DNA from: Asterias rubens
Taxonomy: Eukaryota
Length of the DNA: 64,000 bases
Direction: 5' to 3'
NCBI RefSeq assembly: GCF_902459465.1
Contig: NC_047080.1
Location: forward strand, 11,470,001 to 11,534,000
A model generated the notes under the pieces. The model was not told the origin of the DNA. It did no database searches and saw only the letters and a list, made by a program, of their open reading frames with translations. Positions 50,101-59,880 of the stretch are shown piece by piece (positions within the stretch are counted from its first letter, which is position 1; every line of letters starts with the position of its first letter). The position numbers were made by a program, and so were the translations under genes.

Positions 50101-53100
50101 TTTTTCACTACACATGAGCAAATAACAATCTTGAGCCAAGATGATTGACAATCAGAACACTGTGCTAACATTCATAATTTCATCCAAGGAAATGTGCTCA
50201 TAATTGCGGTAAACCATTCGCGCGACGTGAACCAAATGTTCAATAAACATCTGGAGACAGCATGGGTGGAGAGTGAAATAAATCAAAACAACAAACAGGC
50301 AATTTGAATCCAATCTCACTCCAAAACCCCAAGAGACAATTTATTTAATTGCAGTAGAAGGCAATAATCACTTCCTTTCGATGATTCTAGGTGCATAATA
50401 TAACAAGTTACAGGGCCAGTAGAGCGATGTGGATGATTGTTATCAAACGTTTGGGACTCATTGCTTTTAAAAGACAGTGGACACTATTGGTAATTGTCAA
50501 AGACCAGTCTTCTCACTTGGTGTATCTCAACATATACATAAAATAACAAACCTGTGAAAAGTTGAGCTCAATCAATCGTCGAAGTTGCGAGATAATAATG
50601 AAAGAAAAAACACCTTTGTCACACGAAGTTGTGTGCTTTTAGATGGTTGATTGCAAGACCTCAAATTCTAAACTTGAGGTCTCGAAATCAAATTTGTGGA
50701 AAAATACTTCTTTCTCGAAAACTACGTCACTTCAGAGGGAGCCGTTTCTCACAATGTTTTATACCATCAACCTCTCCCCATTACTCATTACCAAGTAAGG
50801 TTTTATGCTTATTTTGAGTAATTACCACTAGTGTCCACTGCCTTTAACAGGATTCATCCAAATGCAAGGGAAGGCGCCCAACCTAAGTGGGATTGCATGC
50901 TTGGAAATAAATCAAGAAAACAAGTTGTTATTTTCGCAGGTAGATGTTGTTGGCTCCATGACAAGCCCTGCAGGGCACACACATAATGCAAAGCTGTGGT
51001 TCGATGGCTCAATGTACATCTACAATGTGACTCGTCTGTTTCTACATTATTAATTGTGTTTTATTGACATGTGGGATATTCTGTGCTCATAGTGCAGGTC
51101 TTACACGGCAATGAAAATACGCTGACTGAGTATTTTGAACATCAGATATTTCTTGATTCTGTCAAATCTTGAAATTTGTTTGATAAATTTATTGCTATGT
51201 TGAATTTAAAGGGGGCTACATGTAGTTGCGAGATGGCAAGATGACATTTTGGTTTTTGTCATGAATTTTGTTGATGAAACCTTTATTGACTAACATATTT
51301 TTACATGCTATTTTAGGTTAGTGTTTCTTTTGGTGTAGTTAGTTTAGTGTCTGACTAGGAGGTGACCATAGAATTGTTGCTAGGGGCCGCTGGTCATCTT
51401 CTTTAAGTTTTTCAATCAGATCCCTGAATCCAAGTTTAACAAAGAAACAAATTATTAAAAGAATAAAGTTTGTAAATCTATGAAAGGTGACTTACTTGAT
51501 CGTTTATTCTTGATGAAGTAAAGCTGTAGGCGCTCCTTGAAAGACTGCTCATCCACGAAGAATTCCACACGCACTCTGTGTAAACAAAAAGGTAAAATAA
51601 AAAGGAGAATTAAAGAAATGGTAACTAGTAACCATAGGACAGAAAGAAATTTCAAAATTGATAAATTATTAAGTTTTGTTTTTAAGATTGTGGTTAGCAG
51701 ATTATCAAACGTGATTGCAACAATCAGTTAATGGCCTGACGTTTTCAAGAAAGGATCAGGCCATCTACTATTTTTTGCATTTGTACAGTTCATGTCCTTT
51801 TGGTTGGAAGCAGTATGCAAAAGCTAATCGTATTTTCTCAACATCTTGAGAGTTTACTGAAATTGGTTGAGCAGGGTAATATTAATTTGAATGAGTATTT
51901 GTTGAATGGGAAAATTTAAAACAAAATAGCAGTTTATAATATACCATGTAAGACTCTATGCCAATCTTACGTGCTAAAACACGAAGAAGTATTTAATGTC
52001 ACACTCTAGGTTGTACATAATTCATGTCGACCTATCTTCATATTATCTTCTAAAGAAAATTTATTGTTATTGAATAAAACAAAACCATCAAAGCAGAAAG
52101 GTTAAGTCAACCTGTTATGTGCATTATAATTTGTCCATGAACACCATACACACACTCCCTGTAGTTGCTCCCACTGTACTCAAGATCTGTCATTAGAATG
52201 AGTCACTGGCAAGATCTTAACATTACATCCAAGCTAAAATTCATCTTTAATTAGGCTCAAGAGTTCATCTTTAATAAGGCTCAGAATCACTCCTTAATTT
52301 TCAGCCAGACATGCTATACTTTAAATTTAAAATAAAAGGAAATGGCCAATCTCACTTAACTGTTTTTTTGGTTGTCTATGTCTCTGTAAATTAAAGTAAG
52401 GCAATCAGCTGAAAAGATGTATGTCTGTGATACAGGTTGCTGACAAAATTCCAATTGTCCAAATAAAAGGAGTTTGTAAAGAGACTAAAACAAAGTATAA
52501 CTCTGTTCATAAATGAAAACTAATCTGGCGTGTTGTGGCTGAGTGGTTAAGAGCACCACACTCAAGCTCTTGTGTTTCGAATCAAGGTATGGGTTCGAAT
52601 CCCGGTCACAGTGATTATAGGTTTACTAATGAGGCATCCTATAGACAAAGCTGTAAGTGGATTGGCCTCCGATATTCTGGCAATTTTGTCATTTTTTCAG
52701 AGCGATCCAAGTTGCTGAGATGAATACATCAGCTACTGTTTGAAAACTTGCGCATCAAAACAACTTAACTACTCAGTGCTCAATGAAGCATGTAAATCTA
52801 GCCAACAATGTAGTAGTAATCATCCTTCGGTAATGGTTATATTCACCCTACTACATGTGGTAATGGTTATATTCACCCTATTACATGTGGACATCTAATT
52901 TCAGCCTTCAGAATTGCTTTCTGTTTTAGACGAGAACATTTTCCTCCTAAGAAATCAATAGTTCCTGTATGAGCAGTCTTCATACGCAAACAAAGTCACC
53001 TTGTTTCTGGAGATAACAATATTTGTCCGTAGCAACTACCTTATGTGACACAGCTTGGATCTGCAGGTTGAATCTGTTGGTTGACACTAAAGTTACATGT

Positions 53101-56100
53101 TAAGAGAGGAGGCGGGGAGTAAGGAAGTGAATGGGGATGATGGGTTCTGATCCCACCTGTGTATGTAGCCAATGTCTAACCACTATAACATCGAGCTAAC
53201 CCAGTGGCTTGATTCCTTTGTGTTAGCAGCAAGTGTCGCATATAGAGCACCGTATTTGACCTATGTGTCAGTGTTGTCAGTTTATTACATGGTGTCAGAA
53301 GTGGGATTTAACAGCAACGATTTAAAAGATTTTGCATTCTTTATCCCCGATGCAAAAATAACATATTATGTGCAACGTTTCGTGTACAGGGTTAGATCTA
53401 ATCACTGCTGCTACTGAAATTTCAGTGTTGGTGTGTAGTAAATCACACATTCCTAGCAGTTCATAAACTGCATGTGACGTTTTGATTATTTTAGGTCAAC
53501 ATCTGCGAATGTCATTGAAGCGATTCTCTCATATCGCTGAAAAGAAGCTGCTGCTTTAAAGCCGAAGGTCGTACATGTATGATCCATTTTATGTATTCCG
53601 AAAGGCATCATTATCGTACATGTACAGCCTTTTGTATGAAATCACTAAAGATTTGTTTTATATATATTTCTTGAAAGGATTTTGTTCAAAACTTTTTTTC
53701 TTCAAAAACTTAAACGGAATTATCAACACACTGTAAAACAAAAACAAAATAAAACAATGTCCAAACTAACAGAATTACTTCTTCAGGCAAACAAAACTTA
53801 ACTACAGTAATTTAATTGTGATTTCTTTTGCAAACATTTCTACATCAGAAGCCTTCAACTTACAGGCGTATGGCTAGCAGACGCCATCATAAGATACTTT
53901 TGTCTACAGTCATATAAATAAAGACTTCAGAAGCTAGACCTCAAGGGACAGACTTTTTCTTAAATTTCAATCACGACAGAGTGGATACAAGAATTCAACA
54001 GACTCCTTACAAATCTTGAGAAATAAGTAGGTATTACGGAGACAGGTTTACCATTTCATCCCCTGTGGTTTGATCATGCATAAAATGACAAGTTCGCAAA
54101 GGGGTTTATCCGGATTATGCGCTGGCTGTAAAAACATTGTTTGTTCAGCTCCTGTGCCCATTGTGCCGAGTTCGTCATGGGCAAGAAAAATAACAAAATC
54201 TGAACGGAAAGTACATCTGAAAGGGCATCAAGTTTAAAAAAGCAACAGGGCGAATTCCACCATTTTTTAGGGGGAAGGGGCATTGCCCTGCTGCATCATT
54301 TATCATTGTTCGACTGGGATGATGGTTCTAAAAATTTTGACTCAGTGAACCACACATTTTGTTACCCATTTAAAGTGAGACAATGATAGACACTAAAACG
54401 CATAGTATGCAACAAGGTCTTTAGGTATCATTTACAATTTATTATCAATCCAACTGTTACAAGCTAAACAGCCAACAAATCAAAGCATACCTACATACAT
54501 AATTCTCCTTGTATCTTCGGATTTCAGTAATCTATGGATCCTGAAAATGTCCACATTAACCCATCATACTACTCACCTAGATAACGTTGATGGTGCACGT
54601 TCTCTGCTCATTTTTCTGCCACTTACAAAAACAACGATAACGAGGTAATTAAATTGCCTATAAAATGCTGTAAGTTTCAGTCAATGCAATGGACAGCAGC
54701 TGCAGGTCGATAGACTGAAGAGAAATATTCCAATAATGTTTTCCTATGTGAAGTAATGTGGGCCTACAGTGGCAGCGTCAACCCATGGCTCTCAACGTTT
54801 ATGTGCGTCTCAATGTCGGTGAAGTCAGTAAATGTACTGGTACCATCCGTCTCCTTTGATGTCCACATTGTTTCTGTTACCGAACTGTATTTCCATTGTA
54901 CAGTATGTCACATAATTCAGGACTAATCATTCGCTATTACCTTGCAGGCAGGCATGGTTGACTTCCAAATGAGGAGACTTCTCTGAATTTTAATGAGCCA
55001 TAACTGCAAAGAAATTGCGTGACGACAACACCAGGGATTAAAGAAAGAGAAGTGCGACCGACCTCATTATTAAACCAGGTTTGATGATGGAAAGATCAGA
55101 CAATGGTGGCTGCCGAGCGAGGTTTCAGGTTTCTGCCTCGTAGAATGCATCCTCTCAGCATACATCTTTGTTGGATTTCCTGTATCTCCATTGATATTAA
55201 ATAGTGCTAGATCTTGGTGTGTTGAAAAGGGTGGCAGACTAAATTTCCCTGGGGCCTCAATATGATAACAGTACTCCCTTGAATGGTAGAAACAAAACAA
55301 GATGTACGTGACCAAGAAATTTGCCTACTGTGCAATCTTGGGTCAAGATCTACCATGCCCTGAAGAAGAGTTCTTAAGAAATGTATAAACACTGGCTCTA
55401 TGGCATCAGCTTCGCTATGACTTAAACTGACTGAGGTAGCTATTACTTAAACCTTACTCACTGAAACCAACTTTACATAATGTCGCATGTACATCTGCCA
55501 ATCAGAAAACCAAGACAGTTTCTCCTTCCCTAATACAATTAGCCTATAAACTTAATAAGATTACAAAGACAATTTCTGCATTGAAGAATTTTTCGAAGAC
55601 ACATGTCAGGAAGAATCCTTGTAGAACTATCAAGAAGAAGAATCAGAAAATGATCTTAGATTCTTCAGATTATCATCATCGCTCTGTTCTTAGTATAGCG
55701 CTATATAATGGCTCCGTATTATTTATTATCACAGTTTCAAAACATTGTTTTTATCTGCAATTACATTGCAATTATAAATATTGCAATTGTAGTAGAAAGC
55801 TTTCATCATAACGCTCCTTTCACACCTCTTAACCTCATCCCAAGGTGAACTGGATGAAAATACACCTGCCCATTAGTAAATTAATCTTTTACAGTTAAGT
55901 TCTTACAGAGGCAAACCACCAAGGCTAGTCTCTGTGTACATAAATTATCATGTAAATCTTTTTGGAAGACTGGCACATAGTATGAAAAATTTAACCATGT
56001 GTTAAAACACAGCGACAGATGCTGTTAGTAGGAAAAACCTCTCCAACCTCCCTAAGTCCAAGTGGAAAGAACGCAAACAAGTAGGCTTGTTGTTTATTTC

Positions 56101-58369
56101 TACACCAATGAGCAAGCAAATCAACAATCACTAGCCTCCATACTGCAAGGTGCACAAAGCACTTGTCAACAACCTTAGCATGACAGGGCCAATCTATCAT
56201 GAGATTTTGCTTCAGTACACTGAGCAGAGACAATCAATGCAAATTCCGACAGTCCACAAATTCTCTACATGAAACTGCCAAGCTTCACACTCGTCAGTCG
56301 CACTGAAATTCGTCAGAGCATTCTTCTCAGAACTTTTTCACTTGACTGAACATGCTCCAGAGAACAGAGGATCTGTGTTGTTACACTTCAGTGCATCAGA
56401 CCAATCGCATCATGTCATCCATCCAAGCAGGATCTTGGAGAATTTCCAGAACTTTCAACAGTTTCACCAAATAGGAATAACACCCGTTGTTCTTAGAAAG
56501 AAGTCGGTTCGTCCCCCATAAAATAACGAACAATTTGTAAGGCAGTAGGAAATTACCCTGTATGATTATTATAGAAGCTTGCCCCAAACCATGTCATAGT
56601 AACAATCTCCGTAGTCTGAAGAATTAAAAGTTAAGTGGTAATTTGTGACTAAACAAGTAAATGTACTAAGCATTATTCAAATCTAACTCCAGATGGCACA
56701 TCTCAAAATATTGTTTAGCTGTTACTTTAAACAACTATTGATGGTTACATGGTCTAGGCCTGTATGCTTCGCTTTTTGAAAGGGCAAGGGCACAGCGCCA
56801 TTGAGTAATGGGCATCCTAAGAGGAAATTGTTGATTTCTACTGGAGCATTTCAAGGGCACCAACATTTAAGTCATGGGGGCATGGAGGCAATTGCCTTCA
56901 TTGCATTCGTGACATATAAGGCCTAGGGTAAATTTCAAAAAGGATTCAGTCCTAAATTAGGACAAGTTACTCATCCTAACTCGAGATAAGATAAGTCTAT
57001 ATTAACTCTTTGTGAAATCCACCCCTGATGGTCTTTACGTTTAAGCCCATCCAATCTTGCAAGGACTCATTACATTAGTCACGCGTTTGAAGAACGCCTT
57101 GACATTGAACACTTAAGTGCTTTGCAATGCCAGCATCTCAGACAGCGGAATACATTAAGGCAAGTTTGTCTCCTTTTCTACACATCAGATCCTGGGTCAC
57201 AGCTGGAGGTTGTCACGGTACTGAGAGCAGATCAAATCAAGGTGAACCCTAAATGCAGCCATCCAACTCCTTTGATTATTAAATATTTTATAACTTTTAT
57301 CTCAGTTGAATTTTAGGTACATTTATTTACAATAAAGACATACATGGTGGAAAACTTCAAGCATAATATATTTGGTTGCCTATAATCACTTTTGAGAAAT
57401 GAGTAAAAAAACATTTGTTCTGATCTTGCTAGTCCAAACCGGATCTTTGAAAACAGTGATGGGTTTTTCACTCTTTTTGTGTGTGATTCTGATGATGGAT
57501 TGAGCTTGAACTTTTTTATTTCACAAAATTTGATGCTCACCATTAAAGGGAAAGCAATTTTGTGCATCCCTTCTTTGTCTGTTGTGAAAACTAGTTCTGG
57601 TCATGCATGTGAGCTATTGTACAAAATGAACTAAACCATTCAGAAATGTTTCCTTTCCAAAATTAAAAAGGGTGGATACATTTAAATGTAGGCCTAGTTA
57701 TTTGATTATGTTTGCATACATTTTTAAGAAAATAATTTTACAAATATAATACCATTCCTAGAAACATTTAGGAATCCACATAATGGATTGGTCACCCTCA
57801 TAAAATATGGTTTTATATACATAAATAAATAAATAAATAAATAAGTTGCTTTTATAGACAAAAAGCTTTACTGGTTATGTGGATAGATTTTTAAAACATT
57901 TTAAAATATTTTTCCATGAAAAAGATCGACAATGTAACTATGGAGTAGATCAAAATTAACATTAAATAGGAGTGCGAATGTAATAAATAAGAGTATGGTG
58001 CTGTTTTGATAATCAGCAGCTGGTTAAAAAAACAGCCAGACAGAAAAAAACACACACAAAAAACAAAAACAGACAGACATTGTAACTAAAGGACAGACGA
58101 TGTATGAAGTCTACCCACAGCATCATAGTGCTGAACCCTGGAAACATAATCCCACAAGACATGCCTGACAAACAACAAGGGTCACTGTAATCACATCGTT
58201 AATAGCTAAAAACAAAAGCCATGTCTCATGACCTGACCTGCAATAACCGATCAATAATTAAAATTCTGACTTACTCCTGCTCCGACTTCTGGCGGTTATA
58301 GTCAGCAGAGCCTTTATGCAGCGGAGATACTTCCTTCATCATCTTGGCGTACCTAGAATCTGTAGCCAT
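10276..58369 (-). CDS. KCNT: Slo2/KCNT-family (Slack/Slick-like) potassium channel; spliced CDS span, 27 core exons, about 1184 aa
   Basis: Exon peptides match KCNT hallmarks ([78 protein letters not shown]). All 26 junctions are GT-AG and phase-consistent; total 3555 nt is divisible by 3. Confidence 0.96.
10780..10867 (-). CDS. KCNT: Slo2 exon ([28 protein letters not shown])
   Basis: LSYVLINP motif. Confidence 0.94.
11229..11349 (-). CDS. KCNT: Slo2 exon ([40 protein letters not shown])
   Basis: Resembles KCNT ERQELSELVKNRMKHLGLP; tag acceptor, gtaaga donor; phase fits. Confidence 0.88.
11536..11748 (-). CDS. KCNT: Slo2 exon ([26 protein letters not shown]...[14 protein letters not shown]...EIPIGVYRT...KSE)
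   Basis: RLLLGLD..PGSGYL and [13 protein letters not shown] motifs; second in-frame donor at 11461. Confidence 0.95.
12057..12158 (-). CDS. KCNT: Slo2 exon ([34 protein letters not shown])
   Basis: [24 protein letters not shown] motif. Confidence 0.97.
12515..12626 (-). CDS. KCNT: Slo2 exon ([37 protein letters not shown])
   Basis: [18 protein letters not shown] motif. Confidence 0.97.
12703..12908. mobile_element. MITE family B (GGGCCCAATTTCATAGAGCTGCTTAAGC-type TIR), diverged copy
   Basis: Similar to the 40147-40370 copy. Confidence 0.7.
13062..13196 (-). CDS. KCNT: Slo2 exon ([44 protein letters not shown])
   Basis: VVVDKES...A.EDYMADA motif. Confidence 0.96.
13298..13369 (-). CDS. KCNT: Slo2 exon ([23 protein letters not shown])
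   Basis: PD..FL..I..FPMVYYM.G motif. Confidence 0.95.
13867..14039 (-). CDS. KCNT: Slo2 exon, RCK2 ([15 protein letters not shown]...[25 protein letters not shown])
   Basis: NF.VPLRA and PIV.LL motifs. Confidence 0.96.
14211..14348. mobile_element. Small MITE, possibly PIF/Harbinger-like
   Basis: TIR agcctggttcatacttcctgc.aatgc / gcattcgcaggaagtatgaactggtct, TTA/TAA flanks. Confidence 0.8.
14566..14671 (-). CDS. KCNT: Slo2 exon ([35 protein letters not shown])
   Basis: KG.PP..PYIG..P.LCHLL....FCCL.LD motif. Confidence 0.96.
16180..16215 (-). CDS. KCNT: Candidate 36-nt microexon A ([11 protein letters not shown])
   Basis: cccttttccag acceptor, gtaagg donor, phase 2-2, paralogous to 16360-16395. 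Confidence 0.72.
16360..16395 (-). CDS. KCNT: Candidate 36-nt microexon B ([11 protein letters not shown])
   Basis: cttaatcag acceptor, gtaagg donor, phase 2-2, paralogous to 16180-16215. Confidence 0.7.
16879..17104. mobile_element. MITE family C (ATAAGCCTTTT.GAGGTATGGCG TIR) with an internal duplication of about 95 bp
   Basis: TIRs; the unit at 16893 is repeated at 16988; sister copy at 19840-20071. Confidence 0.82.
17287..17593 (-). CDS. KCNT: Slo2 exon, RCK1-RCK2 linker (...[12 protein letters not shown]...DEEDP); alternative in-frame acceptor at 17548
   Basis: RRPSI.PVLE motif, gtaagt donor; the choice between the two acceptors is uncertain. Confidence 0.9.
18101..18483 (-). CDS. KCNT: Slo2 exon (FGVALIGI...LNPGPRHIM...[14 protein letters not shown]...[13 protein letters not shown]...); alternative in-frame donor at 18116
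   Basis: LNPGPRHI and KEENSAF motifs; the choice between the two donors is uncertain. Confidence 0.92.
18744..18893 (-). CDS. KCNT: Slo2 exon (EG...[41 protein letters not shown])
   Basis: [12 protein letters not shown] and SFTYA.FHAHK motifs. Confidence 0.97.
19305..19413 (-). CDS. KCNT: Slo2 exon ([35 protein letters not shown])
   Basis: HVVCE.E.KYA.LA.NC.CPATST motif. Confidence 0.97.
19840..20071. mobile_element. MITE family C copy
   Basis: ataagcctttttgaggtatg...catacctcaaaaaggcttat. Confidence 0.85.
20185..20293 (-). CDS. KCNT: Slo2 exon ([36 protein letters not shown])
   Basis: [22 protein letters not shown] motif. Confidence 0.97.
21199..21587. mobile_element. About 390-bp near-complete palindrome (foldback MITE)
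   Basis: Arms are reverse complements along about 190 bp, centre near 21392. Confidence 0.9.
22423..23115. mobile_element. Cluster of family B MITE copies and fragments
   Basis: Repeated cc(a)atttcatagagctg and cagctctatg(a)aattgg ends; boundaries approximate. Confidence 0.65.
23142..23207 (-). CDS. KCNT: Candidate 66-nt phase 0-0 cassette exon in RCK1 ([22 protein letters not shown])
   Basis: Very long polypyrimidine tract ending in cag, gtaagc donor, 22 open codons, matches the phase-0 host intron. Confidence 0.7.
23551..23707. mobile_element. AATAGACC-terminated MITE carrying two TGACGTCA palindromes
   Basis: aatagaccttatgca.tgacgtcatt...aatgacgtcatgtgcataaggtctatt. Confidence 0.85.
23845..24051. 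mobile_element. MITE family D (GATTTCACAAAGAGT...CCTAA-rich); related copies near 41601-41720, 56925-57027 and 60755-60872
   Basis: TIR tacctgccgttgatttcacaaagagt / agagttttgtgaaatcaacggcaggta. Confidence 0.85.
26214..26277 (-). CDS. KCNT: Slo2 exon, RCK1 ([21 protein letters not shown])
   Basis: ACFILS.RN..DR motif; canonical sites. Confidence 0.95.
26859..26995 (-). CDS. KCNT: Slo2 exon, RCK1 ([13 protein letters not shown]...[23 protein letters not shown])
   Basis: PLW.QRV.Y.QGS.LKDQDL motif. Confidence 0.97.
27899..28222 (+). mobile_element. MITE family A copy (internally deleted)
   Basis: TIRs ttaaaggcagtggacact...agtgtccactgcctttaa. Confidence 0.9.
28267..28431 (-). CDS. KCNT: Slo2 exon, S6-RCK1 ([32 protein letters not shown]...[13 protein letters not shown])
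   Basis: ERQK.GG.YS.HRA, KHVV.C and DFLNEFYAH motifs. Confidence 0.97.
28812..29135 (+). mobile_element. Penelope-like/retrozyme-type short repeat with a minimal hammerhead relic at 28886-28927; tail-related copies near 35050, 37560 and 41075
   Basis: TCTC-CTGATGA-T-GACTAG(AGCAAG)CTAGTC-AAAAC-GTT-GAGA; shared tail ...catggtgttaccgcaaacc. Confidence 0.7.
29356..29539 (-). CDS. KCNT: Slo2 exon, pore and S6 (GIQHLERA...[11 protein letters not shown]...WPSQL...LVVLPVQ)
   Basis: K+ selectivity filter TVGYGD; canonical sites. Confidence 0.98.
30427..30592 (-). mobile_element. tRNA-derived SINE, reverse orientation
   Basis: Reverse complement of the same head/body (gtgtcttgcccaagaacacaagtgtcacg...gttcgaaccc). 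Confidence 0.7.
33960..34054 (-). CDS. KCNT: Slo2 exon, S4-S5 linker/S5 ([31 protein letters not shown])
   Basis: ND.HR...SA..Q..IL.CTLLCL.FT motif; canonical sites. Confidence 0.95.
34088..34430 (-). mobile_element. MITE family A partial copy, opposite orientation, with the terminal 55-bp unit triplicated
   Basis: Three tandem copies of (g)gacact...gtaattgtcaaagaccagtcttctcacttggtg. Confidence 0.8.
34545..34628 (-). CDS. KCNT: Slo2 exon, S4 ([28 protein letters not shown])
   Basis: LFIPVF.NCWLAK motif; canonical sites. Confidence 0.95.
34992..35150 (+). mobile_element. Second Penelope-like repeat with a degenerate hammerhead relic
   Basis: TCTC-CAAAAGA-C-GATCAG(AGCATA)CTGATC-GAAAC-ATC-AAG followed by the shared tail. 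Confidence 0.55.
35313..35500 (+). mobile_element. Second tRNA-derived SINE family (partial copy also at about 28470-28580)
   Basis: ggtggtctagttgg A-box, gggttcgaatcccacccgagtaat B-box, shared body. Confidence 0.75.
35569..35643 (-). CDS. KCNT: Slo2 exon, S3 ([25 protein letters not shown])
   Basis: Matches KCNT GNIWEQ...LEMINTLPFIIT; canonical sites. Confidence 0.93.
38206..38643 (+). mobile_element. MITE family A copy with a 54-bp internal tandem duplication
   Basis: Intact TIRs; 38313-38366 is repeated at 38367-38420. Confidence 0.92.
40147..40370. mobile_element. MITE family B copy
   Basis: TIR gggcccaatttcatagagctgcttaagca...tgcttaagtagctctatgaaattggcccc. Confidence 0.9.
41307..41415 (-). 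CDS. KCNT: Slo2 exon, S2 ([36 protein letters not shown])
   Basis: KCNT WVER motif; canonical splice sites. Confidence 0.95.
41932..42160 (+). mobile_element. tRNA-derived SINE
   Basis: A-box-like TGGCTGAATGG, degenerate B-box; head shared with the 52527 and 62447 copies. Confidence 0.75.
42724..42759 (-). CDS. KCNT: Slo2 36-nt microexon, S1-S2 loop ([12 protein letters not shown])
   Basis: ttttcctcctag acceptor, gtaagt donor, phase 2-2, supplies the conserved W preceding ALLWVER. Confidence 0.85.
42870..43075. mobile_element. MITE family B copy
   Basis: gggctcaatt...agagctctgctta and tgcttagcagctctatgtaatttggccc ends. Confidence 0.8.
48247..48358 (-). CDS. KCNT: Slo2 exon, S1 ([25 protein letters not shown]...)
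   Basis: Matches KCNT [22 protein letters not shown]; cag acceptor, gtgagt donor. Confidence 0.95.
48440..48796. repeat. Perfect 33-bp VNTR, about 10.8 copies (AAGTTGCATGGACCATTGGACAACAAGCCTACC)
   Basis: Identical units directly visible; explains the repetitive ORFs. Confidence 0.98.
50467..50847 (-). mobile_element. MITE family A copy, opposite orientation
   Basis: TIRs present; internal sequence is the reverse complement of the 38206 copy. Confidence 0.9.
51496..51575 (-). CDS. KCNT: Slo2 exon [26 protein letters not shown]
   Basis: Conserved KCNT N-terminal motif; cag acceptor, gtaagt donor. Confidence 0.95.
52527..52610 (+). mobile_element. tRNA-derived SINE head
   Basis: gtggctgagtggttaagagcacc...gggttcgaatcccggtc. 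Confidence 0.75.
53097..53156 (-). CDS. KCNT: Weak candidate 60-nt phase 2-2 exon ([19 protein letters not shown])
   Basis: catacacag acceptor, AT|gtaact donor, open frame; signals are only moderate. Confidence 0.25.
54577..54615 (-). CDS. KCNT: Candidate 39-nt phase 2-2 N-terminal exon ([12 protein letters not shown]), contains an in-frame ATG
   Basis: Donor AG|gtgagt, acceptor gtttttgtaagtggcag, frame-preserving. Confidence 0.55.
   Translation of the reverse strand, partial: KNEQRTCTINVI
54941..55003 (-). CDS. KCNT: Candidate 63-nt phase 2-2 N-terminal exon ([20 protein letters not shown])
   Basis: Acceptor aatttctttgcag, donor AG|gtaata, open and frame-preserving. Confidence 0.5.
56754..56927. 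mobile_element. Small MITE (ctaggcctgtatg...catataaggcctag); related fragment at about 5890-6020
   Basis: Imperfect TIRs, shared gggcaa/ttgccc motifs. Confidence 0.55.
58275..58369 (-). CDS. KCNT: Slo2 putative first coding exon ([31 protein letters not shown]); acceptor at 58395
   Basis: ATG at 58369, open frame, strong GA|gtaagt donor in phase 2 matching the exon at 51575. No homology support for this N-terminus. Confidence 0.65.
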
Positions 58370-59774
58370 TGTGTTGTTCCTCACGCTGTAGCTACCTGTT
58401 TATACGCTGTATCCTTGGTGATGGACAATAATATGCTAATGAGTCTCTACGGTTTTTTTCTTTTCAAAAAGCACTTCAGGCACACTTAATCACCTGACCT
58501 TCCAATGTTGCAGAAAATTTCCCGATGATCGATGGTGGAGACTCCCTCTATCATAGCCATTTATTATTTCCTGTGCAAAGGTTTAATAATGTAGCGTTGA
58601 AGTCTTCATCCATAACCGTTTTCCTCTCACTTTATCAATCCCCTGACACCTTTAATCACAAAGTCATGAATAAGAAATTTGGGTCAAGACTTTTCTTAAC
58701 AGGCAACAACATTGTTTCTTGATGACGTAATTGCTTTTAAAGTAATCCCCCAATGGATGCCAAAAATGCATCTGACAAGATACCTACAAAATGAATGAAG
58801 ATAATCTCGGACTGGCAAAACATGACAACGGTCCAAAGGTTGAAGTATTTTCCAGAGCTATCTGATGATCATCTTGAATACGTAAAGAAGAAAAGTCCAA
58901 TGCATAAGGAGTTTCAAAACTCTCTCCCAGTTGTTACATAACAGTTAGATCAAAATGGCTCCTCCTGTCCCTAAATAATCATCAACCAGCAAGAATCAGG
59001 AAGAAGAACAAGTGTGACAGTACAGGTGCAGGCAACTTATCTTGCAAATTCTTCGAACCAGCGTTTTACAAAACCTCATCGGTGCTACTTATTTATCATC
59101 CAGGTAGACATTCATTGTGAAAGCTCTTGTCTATATCACCTGTGCCTTCACATCATCTCTCATCCCCGTTATCGATCATTAATGAGTGAATGCAAGCGTG
59201 TTTTCATGTGAAATGCCTCCTGCTCCAACAGACATAACGACACCTCTCCCTCTTTCAAAACCTCTAACGGGGGAGAAATATTCTCAAATGGCACATCACA
59301 GCTGAAACCACATTGGTATATAAAGAAACTTTCTGCTGTGCTTACAACTAAGCTCTGTACAGTTGTTCAAGTTTAGGGCAAGATGAGCTGTCAAAGTATC
59401 CAACCATAAGAAAAAAGGTTGTGAAAGCCAATTCAAAAAAGGTGTGCGTAGAATAACTGTTTTCCATGGAGATGTTATATTTCCATACTATGAGCGGTGT
59501 GAATCACAGCGAAGCTGAGGGTCTCATGCCTTGAGACAGATCACCTGTAGTCCTTCTGCTGTAAGACGGTAGACTAGTTTACATCCAGATCACGCACACA
59601 GCCATCCACAAGTGAGTAATAGTGTTAAATGCAAATGTGCAAGCCCCATCTTCCCATTGTCTCTGTCAGTGCCCGTGAGGCACTGAGCGTCGTCACTGCA
59701 GCACCGTGGTTGGCTGCTGTTGTCAGGCTCAGCAATTGGCAGGAAATCGGAACACACCTCATTGCCAATTTTAC

Positions 59775-59880
59775 CTTCCAGAGGTGAGGAGATAGCGAAA
59801 AAACAGCACGAGGCACTTGTAGAATTGTTCTCGGACGGGCCCTGCGGGAGGCTAACAGGAAGTGGGGAAACGTCCTAAAA
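59775..59880 (-). promoter_or_regulatory. Putative non-coding first exon / promoter of Slo2 (5' boundary approximate)
   Basis: Locally CpG/GC-rich, GGAAG|gtaaaa donor at 59774, ETS-like CACTTCCTG; in-frame stop and no ATG ahead of the 58369 ATG if joined. Confidence 0.4.

Noticed and set aside
52527-52610. tRNA-like sequences (also 41932, 62447, 35313, 30427)
   Set aside because: A/B boxes are present but there is no complete cloverleaf, and the heads continue into shared SINE bodies, so they are called SINEs.
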